Virus record (IMG/VR): IMGVR_UViG_3300045988_090087
Reading direction: 5' to 3' (one strand)
Source: a virus
DNA: 64,000 nucleotides
Below the pieces are notes generated by a model. It saw nothing but the letters and a program-made list of their open reading frames with translations, was not told the origin of the DNA and did not search any database. A program made the translations under genes and the position numbers. Shown here one piece after another: positions 44,201 to 58,098 of the stretch. Position 1 is the stretch's first letter. The number at the start of each line of letters is the position of its first letter.

Positions 44201-45953
44201 CTAATAAACTAAAATTACCATAACATCTATCAAAACTGTTTTCATTAGGTACACTTTCTATAGATTCTAAAGTAAAATTTGAAGCCTATTTATTATCTTT
44301 ATCTAAAGATTTTTTATCAGTAGGAGTAATATCCAAATCTTGAACCATATCATCTAAATCTGCCATATTATAATAAGTAACAGTTTCTACAGAAGGAGAA
44401 TTACTAGTACTAGCATTTGTCGTACTAGTAGAAGTTGTATTAGTTGAAGGATTAAAAGTATAACTATTTAATTCTTCTAATAAACTATTTCTTCTATCAT
44501 TAGCATACTAAGAAAAATCTGTAGTATCTCCAGTATAAAATTCTTCAGTACTAGTAAATCCTGAATTAGGAGATATAATAACTGCTCCCTTTATACCTCG
44601 ACTTATTAAAGTATATAATTCTCTAGAGCTGTTTAATAAATCTCCTACTGCTGTATCATCATATTCCCTAGTTTGAGCTTTAATATTTCCTTCGTATATT
44701 AAATAATCAAATTCCTATCCTTGTAACTCTTTAATATTATTAAATTTTATAGCTGTAGGAATTTTACTAGTAATGTCATTAGGTCCAATATAAGCTATTT
44801 TTTTAGGAGTATCCTATGGAATCATATCCCACTGATCAAATGAATCAGTGATTATAGTTCCATGTAATTCTCCTGAAGAATAACTATATCTAGGAGAATA
44901 ACTTTTAATAGCATTACGAGCCTAAACATATTTATCTTTAGGCATAACATCATTTATTAAAGTTCTTACCTACTAAGTTAGTCCATATAATAATTTTGTA
45001 TCAGAAGATTGCTGTATATTACCATTACGTAATGATATAGCTAATCTAGGAGTTCTTAGACAAAAAGCATTATCAGTGTCTATATTAGCAATCATTTTAT
45101 CAGTAGTATATCCAGACTAAGTATCGTCTCCTAAACCTAATATAAATATATCATTCTTTTTAGCCCACTTATTTATTAAGGCTAAATCCAAAGTACCGAA
45201 ATGAGTTATTTCATCTATAACTAAAATTCCAGAATCATGATTTTTAACATCAGCATCACTAATCAAAGATTCTACATTATCAGTACTACTTAAGTTATTA
45301 AATTTTCCATTTAAATCTTTATATTTAGCATCATCTATAACTAAAGATAATAACTATTTAGCATTAATTCCGTCAGTAACTCCTAAGGATTTATTTAATC
45401 CAGTTACTTGAGTATCAGTAGGTCCTGCTACTATTATATGTTTATTTTTAGCATAATCAGTTATATATTTAGCTACCACTGAAGTCTTACCTGAACCTCC
45501 GATACCACTAATAAATAATAATCTATCAAGTATAGGTACTTTAATATCTGATTTCTTTTTTATTCTATTTATTACAGAAGATACTAAAGAAGGATTATTT
45601 ATAGCGGCAATACCTATTCTTGCTAAATATAGCTAAGCATCTATTGGTACTATATTATCATATTTATCTACTTCTTCTTTTATAAAAGATAAATAATCAT
45701 CAGATTTTACTCCTAACGTAGCTAATAAATAAGTGATTTTATCATAGTTATTAAAAGTAGTATAAGAAACAGTCTAATCTAGATTTGTAGTTTCCTATTT
45801 ATTTATATTATCTATGAACTAATCAAATATAGCATTTACATCATATCCCTAAGCTTTATATTTCTAATAATTTTCATATAATAAAGCTTCTATATCTTTT
45901 AAGTCCATATCTGGTGAATAACCTTCTAATAGATTTACGCAATTACTTTGCAT
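41286..45953 (-). CDS. 1555-aa protein with N-terminal SF1 helicase-like domain (TAG=Gln)
   Basis: MQSNCVNLLEGYSPDMDFKD...; Walker A FISGIGGSGKTS; Walker B ILVIDEITHFG; motif III-like GLGDDTQSG; motif VI-like ELYTLISRGIKGAVII; ends at tandem TAA-TAA. Confidence 0.72.
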
Positions 45954-48900
45954 GCTTCAAAATTATTTCTATTTGAGTTAAAAAATTCTTTTTTAGTCTA
46001 AGTAAATTTTTCCTTAGCCTAATCAAACTATCCTATTATATTTCCCTAATTTATATTAGATATAAAAGGTAAAGAATAACTATTAGGATCTATCATATTT
46101 AAATATTTTCCTATTTCTATCTAATATATATTAGCATAATTCTCATCGATTTCAGCTAAAGGATTTGCTTTTATTTTATGTTCTTGATTAAATCTATTTA
46201 TAGTTTTATTATGACCATAAATATTAGTTAAATCCTAATCTGTAGAAGCTGCGCGCATGTACGTAGAAGCAAGATTTAAAACAGTCTATACTTGTTGTAG
46301 AGATTGCATTTCTTGCCCAGTCAATTGAAAAGTATTAATATCATCATCGTCTTCAAAATGTTGATACATTTTCTAAATTACTGATTCTACATTTTCATTA
46401 TATACTGGTAAATGCTTAGCTAATTCTACTATAGGATTTGGTAATGATTCTGTTAATCCTGCCAAAGTTTGATATAATAAGTTACTATTTACACTCTTTT
46501 CAGCATTATCAAGTACTTCTTTAGCAAAAGCTTTGTAACTATCATTAACTGATTTTCTAGCATAGTCAAAATTACCATTTTTATTAGTAATTAATGGCTA
46601 TAATTTAATTAAAGATTGTATAGAATTATTAGAAACATCTTTATTTTCCTATAACCAATTTTCAATTAATTCATCAGTAATCTATTCTCCATTAGCTATA
46701 TATTTATAAGGATTTATATATTGTAAATTATACTACCGATCGGTTTTAGGGTCAACATATTTAGAATTTTCTATAGAATTTTCAATTCTATCTACAGTAT
46801 CTTTTCCAAATACTTCTGTTAATATATATTTATAGGACTTACCTTGATAACGAGAATCTGATCCTCTATAAATATTGTCTAAACCTATAGAAGCTAATCT
46901 TAATAAATTCTGTATTTTCTCTATTTTAGTACCATCAAATTCGGGTAAGGCATCCTCATTTATAACCTTCTAATTCAATAAATCAGTTACTACTATATTA
47001 CTAAAACTATCTGTATTAGTATTAAATAAAGAAGTAAATGGTATCATTACATTTAAATCCTCATTATATTCATAATCAGGATGGATAAACTACCCATATA
47101 ATTTACCAAAATACTAATCAATTTTTCCTGGGTCTTCTTTAGTACCAATAATAGCAGTTCTAAGAGATTCTATATCATTACCTTTATAATCTTTTAAAGA
47201 ATCTCCCGATAATTCTTTTATTAAGTTATCTTGCTATACTGAAAAATTAGTTAATACTACATTCTTTCTAATATCCTTAATTCTAGCAGCTAACATAGTT
47301 TTAATCTATCTAGAAGTAATTGGATCTAATATATGAGTATTTACAAAATTAACTAAATCCTATAATTTCTATTCAACTTTTGTATTTATTTCTTGCTTTC
47401 TTTGTTCTTGTCGTATTTTATAATCCTAAGCAGATTCTCCTTCTTGCTATTTTGATTTAGCATATTCTTCATCAGATTCATACCACTATTTGTTTTCTAG
47501 ATGATTAGCATTTTGATACCAATCTATTCCATCTTTAAATAATTCCTAGACTTCTTTCTAATAGCTATCATAATTCTAAGACTACTACGCCATCTACTAT
47601 AAATAAGGATCGATTTTCTATTGCCAATCTTTAAATAATTTAAAAGATTCCTATAAATCAAGAGGCTATGCATTAGCCTAATAAGTCTAATAATCAGCTT
47701 TATATTGTTCTATTTCTGGCTAAGTTAATTTGTCTACAGTTAATCCATGCTAAGTATTATACAACCAAGAATTAAAATCATAAGTTCCAAAAGTAGAAGA
47801 TATAATAGGATCTATATCAAACATTAACATTTCAGTATAATATGATGAATTTTCAGGAGATTCAAAATTTAATAACTCCTATTTTTTATTATTTAAATAA
47901 TCCTACCAAGCTGCTACATTCTAATTACGTTTAGCTTCTTCTCCACTATTATGACGTTCTGTAGAGTCTAATAAACGTGCTTCTCCTAGCTTATCGATTA
48001 ATTCTTTAGAACTACTAGCAGTTGCTAATTCAGGAATTAATTCTTTTGGAATTTCTCCATTTTTAGCTGATGCAGCTACTTCTAAACCTTTTTGAGCTAT
48101 AACTACTTGTTGTGCTAATTTCTACCAAGTCTATTGGTAACGTGTAATATAAGATTCTTCTTGTAAATATCCTTGTAGATTTCTAAAGATTTTATCCTAC
48201 ATTATCATTTGATTAAATAAGTCTTCATCAGATTTATTTAAATTATTATCATCCATAATAGTTTGGTAAGAACGAATCTAATTAGTAAGTCTTTTAGCAA
48301 TATAATCATTTATTGATAAATCTCCATCAACAGTGATATTAACCTACTAACCTTCACTATCTGTGGTAGCATTAGTCGCTGATATGGTAGTACTACCAAA
48401 CTGTCCTTTCTTACGCATTTGTTCTATAGTATTAACCATATCTTCAGCTTTACCTTCTCTAGTTAAATATAACATATTACTAGAGTCTTTATTTATATGG
48501 AAATTATTGCCCTATAAAACGCCAACTCCATAGAACATACCTCCACCAAGGGTACCTCCAATAAAGCTCATTCCATATCTAGAGAGTAATTGAGCTATAT
48601 TATATCCGCCCTTTCCTTCTCCATTAAGATTTTGATCATAATTAAAAGCACCAACGTTAGCCTGTGTGGTTATTCCAAAGTTATGAAGCATTTCATAAGT
48701 AGCTTTAGACATATCGGTTACTAATTCTTCAGAAACTTCTTCAAGACCTTCACCTATAGCTTTATCTACTGCGCTAGTAGTATGATATTTTATATCGTCA
48801 GCATAATCCTATAAAGCTTTAACCATTTTATTTCTTCCAGATAATATAAGTTTTTTAAACTTATTAGTATTTTCTGGAATATTTTTAGTAGAAATTCCTA

Positions 48901-50557
48901 AAGCTTTAGCCCAATTTTCTTTTTCACCAAGTAAAGCAGTTCTTATTTGACGCATATCATTTTTAGCTAATTCATCAAAGAACATTTCTCCAATACCTAG
49001 TCTATCTACAGTGTACATACCTAAAGTAGATCCTAAAGCTACTGCAGCGGCTTCTCTAGGAGTAGCTCCTGAATCTAGCATACTTTGATATACATCAGTA
49101 TTAGAAACTAATGCCATATAAGCTAATGAAGCATTAGCACCTAATCTATTTAATTTTTCTATTCTAGGTTTATATACGTCAAAAGTTTTTCGTAAAGCAG
49201 CAGAACCTATAGATGTCTATTTCCAAGCATCTCCAACTGCTTTACCTTCCTACTCTAGTATTTTAGCTATCTAGCCTTCTTCCATTCCATATAATGATAA
49301 TGCTTTATACTTATCTTCAGCAGTATTAGCATTATTTAATACGCTCTATAATTTAGATTCATATAAAGCTTTAGCTTCTTCTTCAGCTACTTTACTTAAA
49401 TCCTATTTTCCAGTTATTAATTTTTTAGTCCAATTAGCTACAGCTTTTTGCTAGCCCCATTGTGTAGCTACATCTCCCATCATATTAAACACTCCTTCCC
49501 AAGTCCACATAGCACTCTACCCAGCATCAGAAACACTTCCTGACATAGCAGTAGCTCTACCTTGTAAAGAGTTAAGAAACTAACTATTAGCTGGTTTATC
49601 TGAGAACAGAGACTTTATCATACCATATAACATAGGAGTAGTTTTAGCTAGTTCTCTCACTACTAAACCTGCACTATAAGCTTCTCCAACATATGGAACA
49701 GCTAAAGGTAACACAGAAGCCACATTTTTTAAAATAGTTCCTGTTACACTTTTATCCATATCATCAGAATCAATAAAATCATATTTATTTAAAGAAGATG
49801 CTTCTGATGTTACTATATCTCCCATTGATAAAACCTATTTAGTAGCAGGATTTCTACCATTTAAAGTTTCATAATAAGGTTTGCCATTGGAATTTAATTT
49901 TATTTCTCCTTTAGAGTGCTTTAATTTTTTCCCTGAAATTGGGTCAATACTTTCTCCATCAGAATCGTATGTAGCTAATACTAATGGGTCACTAAATATT
50001 TGTTTAATATATTTAATAGGGTTAGAAAATAAAGATATACTATCAGGTGTTTCGTTTAAAAATTTTCCAGTAGATGAATCAAATATATTCTAACCTTGAG
50101 CAATTTCTCTAGTACTTTTACTCTATTTACTTATTTCCTAAAAACCACTAATACCAACACCCTAATTAGTTGGGTTAGATGTAAGTTTAATAAATGATCC
50201 TAAAGGATTCTATTTATCAGTTTTCATTCCCTAGGTAGTACCAGTAAATGGATTATATATCTAATCTCCAGGCGCCTATCTTACATCAAACATATCGTAG
50301 ACAGTATGTACAGATTTATCTTTCTACAAATCTCCCCATTTAGTAGCTTGTTGTTGATAATAATCATGAAATTTATCTTTATTAAAATTACCATTGTTAT
50401 CAGCAAATGCTGGATTATTTATGATAAAATTAGATTTAAGATAACTTTCCTCTTTTAACATCTAAGTATTATCAGTATCTATCCCTTTCATTTTAAACAT
50501 TTCTGTACTATAATCGGGATTATTTATATTGGCAACTATCCAATCGTTATTTAACAT
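45935..50557 (-). CDS. 1540-aa putative virion protein (TAG=Gln)
   Basis: MLNNDWIVANINNPDYSTEMFKMKGIDTD...; contains track ORFs 48512-48712, 48809-49117, 49580-49825; gly-rich hydrophobic GMSFIGGTLGGGMFYGVGVL; ends NNFEACKVIA*. Confidence 0.7.
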
Positions 50558-50559
50558 AA

Positions 50560-52473
50560 TTAATTATTTAAAACATTAGAGCTAGTATTATTGATAGGAA
50601 TATTCTATGCTCTATATAAAGCTTCCATAGCACTAAGCATATTAGGAGTTACTTTACCAGTTAATATCATAGTAGCTACAGGATTATTATCTAACGGAAT
50701 ATAAACAGGAGCTTTATAAATATTATTATTAAACCATCCAAATGGTGCCATAGATGAACCACTAATTTTCTAGGAAGCGCCACCTTTACCATCAGGATAT
50801 AGTATTTTTGACATATTCTCAAAATCTGAGTCCATATTACCTACAGTAGTAGCTAATGTAGGATTTCCAACAGCATCAGAAGATGCTTGTCCATTAACTA
50901 CTAAGAAAGCTCCAAATCTGTCTTTATTAGGGAATCCTTTAGAATCGACTAAATCACTTAATCCATACTTTTTAAGAATCTATGCTTCTCTAATAAGGTA
51001 AGCTTTTGGATCTGTAGTCTAAATATTTCTGATCTCCTTCATAGCCTATTCATATTTAGGAATTAATTCAAAATCAGGGACTCTATTACCATAATTATCT
51101 AATTTAGCTGGTAAATTTACTCTCATACCACCCTAATTTAAGTAAATTATATCTTTAAGTTTATCAGGGTCTTCGATTCTTTTATCCCCAAAATAAATAG
51201 CTCTAGTATCACTTATTCCCTAAAGTCCTGATCTACTAAGCATGTCTGCTAAACTAGTGCTCTATATAGTTTTTTTATCCTAAAAATCTTTAATATCTCC
51301 ATATTTCTAACCATATAAAGTCATTTTAGCACTAGAGGAGTCTGGCATAAATTGATATGTGGTATCCTGTCCTCCAATACCATTCTATATCATAAATGCA
51401 GGATTAGCTGCTGCTTTCTCTTCCCAATCTCCTTCTTGAGATCCAGAACTACTATCACTTTTCCCAGTTTTAGCATCTTTTTTAGTGCCGTCAGGATTTA
51501 ACTAATCCTAATATTCCATATCAGTATTAAATGAAGTATTGCCAGTAGCTAGTAATTTTAGTAAATAATCTACTCCTTTTTTATTTTTTCCTGCTCTAGC
51601 TGTTAGTAAGGTCTACTCTTTAGTAGATAAAGACGCCCAAGCATATTGTAATAAATTAGCTACCTAGTCAGCATTTTCTTTAGTAGTATATTTATATACT
51701 CCTGGCATAGTTAATGTAGTTGGATCTAGTCCTCTCTATAACAATCCTTTAAGTACTGTTAATCCAGATTTAGTATTAAAACCATCAGTACTAATATATG
51801 AAGATACACTACTAGATTGAGCATTACTTAATATTTTCTATAATTTATTAGTAATAGCTTCTACACTAGTACTACCATTTACTATATTAAGAATAGAGTT
51901 ATCTCCTGGTAATTTCTAAGCTCTTAATTCCATTATATCTGTATTAGTGAGAGTTTTGTAAACATAAGGATTTTGTTTCCATTTTTCAACAGAAATAGTA
52001 TCTATTCCTCCATCACTAGTTTGTATTACAACTCCTCCCTAATCAGTAATAGCCATCTCATTTTCTGAATGATTGGTAAACATAGTATCTCTAGATTTAT
52101 CCCAAACTTCTTTATTAAACTTAGCTATCTTAGCCTATAAAGATATTCTAGTTAACATCTAAGCAAAGTTTGAATAATTAGTATCTCCTGTATTTGTTGG
52201 GTCAGCCCAAAAGTTTTGAGCTTGTGTATATAGTTTTAAGATATCACTAGGAAGACCATTTATATCTTTTAATAATCCTAGAAAATCTTTATCTGTTATC
52301 TTTCCTTTATCCTCATCGTTAGATGATTTTTTATTAGCAGCAGTCATAGCTTTTATCAACTTAGCAGTGTCTGATTCAGCTTCTACTCCAATTGTAGCCA
52401 TAGCTAAAGGCTAATAAAAAAATGCAGAGGAGGATGTTCCTCCTTCTGCAAATTTTTGTATTTTTAAATTCAT
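50560..52473 (-). CDS. 637-aa putative virion protein (TAG=Gln)
   Basis: MNLKIQKFAEGGTSSSAFFYQPLAMATIGVEAESDTAKLIKAM...; TAA stop at 50560-50562. Confidence 0.7.
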
Positions 52474-55400
52474 TTCTTATTACTCTTTTTAAATAAAGTA
52501 TTAATGAGTTTACTTAAATCTCCGCTCTATTTAGTAGCAGTATTAATACTATGTCTTATAGTATTATAAAATTCTTTGGTATTAAACTTTGATATATCTT
52601 CAAATTTACCTCCTTTTTTGTACCTAAATCCAGGATTACTAATACCATATACCTAATACATATTATTATAATATCTTGCTCCAGCCTCTTTCTATGCATT
52701 AATTAAATTTCTATATTCATCAGTATCATATGCATTAAAGTTCAAATCATTCTAATGCTAGCGTAATAACTACTAGTATTTTTGTTGAGCTAATAAAACC
52801 TTAGCATCATTTTGATAATCCCACTAAGCTTTAGCTAAACCATATTGCTACTAAGCATTCTTTCGTTCAACATATGGATCAATAACATTAAATTTCTCTA
52901 AAGCATTAATCCAATTTTGTCTATTAGTAGCGAGTGCTCTAGCCCTATCTCTAGGATCTTGATACTCATTAAGCATTCTAGTTTTATATGCCTACTGAGA
53001 ATTAGCATTAGCAGTATCAACAGCGCTTTCCATATTGTAAAGTCCTGCTTTATAAGACTACTGCTTCTATCCTTCTAACCAAGTATTTCTTTCGGCATTA
53101 CCTTGTAAATATAACTTATTAGCATTATTCATACTTTCTTGCTAAGCGGCGGTCTACAACTAACCACTAGAAGTAAGTGGTCTAGAAGTCTAATTCATTA
53201 TCTCAGCAGATTTACTATGATAAGCATTCTACTAAGCTAAATTATCCATTACTTGATAACTAGTATGCTTAGGAGAAATAACATAATTTGGAGCTTTTAT
53301 TTTGAATATATCATTAGTAGCTTTATTAGCTAATAAATATTTACCAGTTTCAACTGCATTATAAAGATTACCTGGATTACTTGTTAATTTAGCTAAGTAT
53401 TCTTTACCTTTATCAAATATAGATTTTTTATCAATATCAGGATTAGTTACTGAACTATCTTTTTTAGGAGTATTTTGATTCTATTCAGATTTTTCTATAG
53501 GAGATAAATAATAGTAATCATTTTTTCCTAAAGCAAAATTATAACCTTTATTTTTAAAAGCTTCTGTTACAGATGCTAACTACTCATCTGTAAAATCTCC
53601 CTTTCTACCTAATAAACGTCTATCATCAGTTATTTGGCTATAAGAGCTATCTGTTTTATATCGGTGATTAGCATCAATATTCCAGTCTCCAGAAGTTCTT
53701 TTAGTATTGCCATATAAATCATATCTACCTAAATTTTGAGCGTGCATAATACCTAAAGAATTGTATCCTACATTATTATCCTTCCACTCTCCATTATATC
53801 CAGTTTTATATAAATTTTGATAATCTCCTACAGATTTATCATTATATGGTGTAGTCTAAAAATTAGTTCCAGCATTCTTATGTAAATCACCGTGTTTATC
53901 CTACATACTATTAAGCCAAGTATAATAATTATTATCAGATAAACCTCTTAATATATGATTTACATTCTAAGACCATACTGCATCAAACCAAGTAGTTTTA
54001 GGATTTACTTTTACTCCAGTTTTTATTCCACCTTGGGCTTTAATAATACCACCTTGTTTAAAAGCATGAACAGATTTTAAGAATTCATAATCATATAATA
54101 CTCCTCCATCCTAGCGTCTTTTAATATTATTATCTCTACTAGTTTTCTTCTTTTTATTAGATTGTTTATGTGGGAGATTAGTATTTTTATTATGTCCTTT
54201 AGTATTATTACTTTTAGTATTACCAAAAGCTTCCATAACTTCTGAAGCCTTCTACTATCTACTCTATTTCTACTACTGTTTATATTCAGAAGATTTAGTA
54301 GATTTAATATCAGCTCTAGAAGGTTTAGCTCTCAATCCCATAGCCCTAGCCTAACTATCTAAGTTAGTTAATACTGGAGAGAACATTTGCTAATACATTC
54401 CCTATCTACTTTCAGTAGGAGATAATATAATAGCATTCTATCTTCTCTGTCTTTCTAAGAACTCCTACTATACAGCATTCTACATTTTTTGTCTTCTTTC
54501 CAAAGATTTTCTAGTAGTATGTTGTATAGCACTTCCAGTACCTTGTCTTTCTGCAAAAGGAGGAAATAGACGTTCATACATAGCCTATTTTTTAGATCTA
54601 GCAGCTCCTTTTAATTCAGGTTTAAATTCAATAGGTTTCCAATTTAAAGCAAACTCTCTATTTGCCTAGGTTCTTACAGATTCAGGAGTTACTATGACTC
54701 TAGCTGACGGAACAGGCAAATCTTTTGCTCTAGCATTACCTTCGGCAAGATTAATTCTAACTTGAGTGTTAGCTTTAGCCTATTTAATTTCTTGCTATGC
54801 ATCTGCAAGGTCTTTTGCTAATGATTTACGTTCAGATAAGTCTTTCTATAAAGCATCCCTACGCTCAGCATAAATCTAATCTTGAGGCTTCTATTGTTTA
54901 TACTAATCTCGCATAAATCTTTTAGCCTACTATTTAGCTTCCAAATCTCTAATCTCCTAATCAGTCATAGGTCTCTTTCTATAATGCTCATAAGCTTTTC
55001 TAGTGGCATTATCAATAGGAAGAGGGTTATCTGACATAAATCTCTTTCTTAATAGTTCAATATCCTTTTTCTACTACTCAGGAGTTATATTATGTGTCTA
55101 TAAAGGTCTTTCAGGATTATTAGTAATTGTTGGCTAATTCTAAGCAGGTTTTGGCTATTCAGTGCTAGTAGTAGGTTTAGAAGTTTTATTATTCTAATGC
55201 TTCAAAGATTTAGCAGGTCTAAATATATATTTAGTTTCTGGATCTGAAGTATTGCCTAAACGACTTACTATTCCCCACTTACCATAGAATCTTTCAAGCT
55301 TGAGGGGATTATTAGATGATGGAGTATAATTATGAAATATTCCATTATCGAACTAAATACCTTTTACTTTAGTAGCAGCTTCCAAGGCTTCGTTTCTATC

Positions 55401-57641
55401 TCTCATAGTAGGATTTTTAGTTTTATCCATTATAGCCTCATACTATTTAGCAGGAATAGTCTATTTACCTTTATTAGTATGTACTATCACATCCTTCCCA
55501 TAATTAGGATTAGTAGCTCTTACTTTATTATGATTAGGAGCTACTTTAGTTAATCCTGAAGTTATAGAAACTGCTGTAGCTAGATCTCTCAATTCATCTG
55601 CTGTAATAGTAGTTGGGTTAGTTACTAACTTTTTAACAGCACTAGCAGCATTTGGAGCAGCTTGTATTACTCCTGGAGCAGTTACAGTGCCAAGAATTAC
55701 TTTATATAATTTAGCATTATTTTGTAAAGCTTTTCCTACTCTACCTAATTTAGCTAATTTACCATAGGAACCCAAAATAGGAACAGCGCCAGCTGCGTCA
55801 AACAATAAGTTAACTCCTAAATTAGTAATTGCTTCTCCCTTACTAACAGATGGATCAGTAAAATCAGCAAAAGCATGGGCACCAGTGCCTGCAAGTCCTG
55901 ATACTGCCCCTACTGCAGTTCCTACAGGACCAAAAAATGATGATACTGTAGAAGCAATATCAGCAGTAATACCTCCAAGCTAGGCATAATCAGAGGCAGT
56001 TAGCTATCCTAAATTTCCTAGTTCTCTTTGTCCAGCTTTTATTTTATTAGGGTCTCTCTAACCTCGTAAAGGAGTTCTTTCTACACTATTAATCTATTGC
56101 TATTTTTTAATAGCGTCCTAACGAGCTTTTAAATCTTTTGAATATTGTTCTCTTAATTTTGCCTAATTACCAAAGATACCTCCCCACTAATGTTTACTTA
56201 TATATTTCTTATATTCATTATTTCGTAAATCACCCCAAGATTTACTTCTGTAAAACTCTAAGTTATTACCTCTTTTACGCATATACATATAGGTACCATC
56301 AGAGTTTCTTTTAGAGTTCTTCAATCTCCATACAGTACCTTTAGATGCTCCTACATAAGATGATACATCATCACCTATATTATTTAACTTTCCTGTATCT
56401 AATAACCATTCGTAATTATAGTTGATCCAGTCTAATTTAGATTTTATAGGAACAATACCACTAGTAGTATGTCTATCAGCATTTTTTAGAGAATATGCTT
56501 CATGAATATCAGAAGTTAAATCTCCATGTATAAAATTATCCCATTCTTGATCACTAAATTTATTTATATTAGTAGCTTTATCAAATTCTTTACCGCTTTT
56601 AACAGCAGGTCCTTCTATTTTTTTTCCTTTAGAATCTACCATAGAAGACTATGCTAATCTAGAAGGAACATAAGAAGAAGCCTAAGCCTTTGGAGAATAA
56701 TAACCGTTAGTTTTTAACCAATTCTCAAAAGCTTCATCTTCTCTTCTTTTACTAACTGCATCTATTTCTGCCTAATTTTTAGCTAAAGCTTCTTCATTAT
56801 TTAAATTAATAATCTACTGTCTCTAAGCTAAATACTACTATTGCTATTCAGGAGTCATAGTATTATATCGAGCTAATTCTTCCTCTGAAAATCCTCTAGT
56901 AGGATCATCCTCTGTTGTCTATGTCTAAGTACTATCAGTATCAGAAACTGTAGTACTTAAATCTCTAGTAGCTAAAGCATTATTAATATAATCAGAAGTA
57001 ATACCTAATGGAGCGTAAGTAGCTACATTAGAAGAAGCTATAGCAGCATCGAGATTTTTATAAAGAGCATCTTTATCAATTCCATCCCAATTATACTAAG
57101 CGCCATTAGTAGTTAATTCATTTTTATATTTAGTTAATCCTTCTTTTATTTTAGCACTTCTATTAGCAATGCCATATACTCCATTTGTCAAAGCATCATT
57201 TTTCTAAAATAATTCCCAATCAGGATTATTACTACCAAACCACTATTGATTTAAATATGAAGTAACACTAGGTATACTTTTTAAAGACTTATTAGCAGAT
57301 TTAGAATCAGCCTACATACCTTTAGCTATCTAATTCATAAAAGCAGCAGTTGCTCCATTAGCATCAAACTTACTTCCTATCCAATTATATTTTTCTTGTT
57401 TGTTAGTTCTAGCACCAGTATCATCAACTATCTAGTGCATATCATTTATCTCATTTATTTCACCATTCTATACTCCTTGAGCATAGTTATGTAAAGAATT
57501 CCAAGCTAGCTAACGACGTTTATTACCCCATCCCTACTAGTCAGCAAATTCTTTAAACTTATCTGGGTCAGTAATTGCTCTAACAAAATCTGCACGAGTT
57601 ACATCACCTATTCCCGAAATTTTTATATTCTTTTCTGCCAT
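52470..57641 (-). CDS. 1723-aa putative virion/tail-associated protein (TAG=Gln)
   Basis: MAEKNIKISGIGDVTRADFVRAITDPDKFKEFADQQGW... to LINTLFKKSNKK*; several sampled points (52875, 54063, 55461, 56187) lie in the same frame. Confidence 0.65.
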
Positions 57642-57646
57642 AAATT

Positions 57647-57677
57647 AAAAAAGGGGAACACCAAAAGATGCTCCCCT
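57647..57677 (-). terminator. Terminator-like hairpin immediately upstream of the 1723-aa gene
   Basis: Minus strand AGGGGAGCA-TCTTTTGG-TGTTCCCCT followed by a T tract, ending about 6 nt before the ATG at 57641. Confidence 0.65.
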
Positions 57678-57696
57678 ATTAATTTTTTACATTAAA

Positions 57697-57996
57697 TTAT
57701 TTCTTAATTCTGCGTACAAGTCTTCCTCCCTTACGGTATACTGGCTGACCTGCTTCTTCTGGAGCACCACCTTGACCTTGTTGAGCCATCTGTACCAAAG
57801 CCTGACACACTTGCATAGCCATATTACAATCTTGATTCTACAAAGCCTAAGCTGCTGCTTGCAACAACATAGCCATTGGATCTTGTTCTGCACCAGCGCC
57901 CTATTCCTCTGGAGCACCTTGTTCTGCACCCTGAGGTGCACCTTGTGGAGGCATTGCTCCACCTTCCTAAAACTTTTTAATAAACTTATATTCCAT
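57697..57996 (-). CDS. 99-aa Gln/Ala/Pro/Gly-rich protein (TAG=Gln)
   Basis: MEYKFIKKFQEGGAMPPQGAPQGAEQGAPEEQGAGAEQDPMAMLLQAAAQALQNQDC...RKGGRLVRRIKK*. Confidence 0.75.
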
Positions 57997-58098
57997 AATT
58001 AATTATTGATTAAACTTCATTTTTATAATTATATACACAGTTTTATTCGTACAAAATAATAATAACCAAAACTATTATTATATAATTATAACGTTAAA

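Noticed and set aside
41286-45953. Reading the helicase-like and RNAP genes as one ~4960-aa gene
   Set aside because: The shared frame is interrupted by TAA TAA at 41283-41288, so they are reported as two genes unless readthrough is shown.
49881-55553. Plus-strand ORFs 49881-50093 and 55332-55553
   Set aside because: Antisense to the continuous recoded minus-strand genes.
57687-57962. Minus-strand ORF of 91 aa (MEQCLHKVHLRV...)
   Set aside because: Wrong-frame shadow of the 99-aa MEYKFIKKFQEGG gene, with Cys/Leu/Trp-rich spurious composition.
57772-58002. Plus-strand ORF of 76 aa (MTLLSHLYQSLTHLH...)
   Set aside because: Antisense shadow of the same 99-aa gene.
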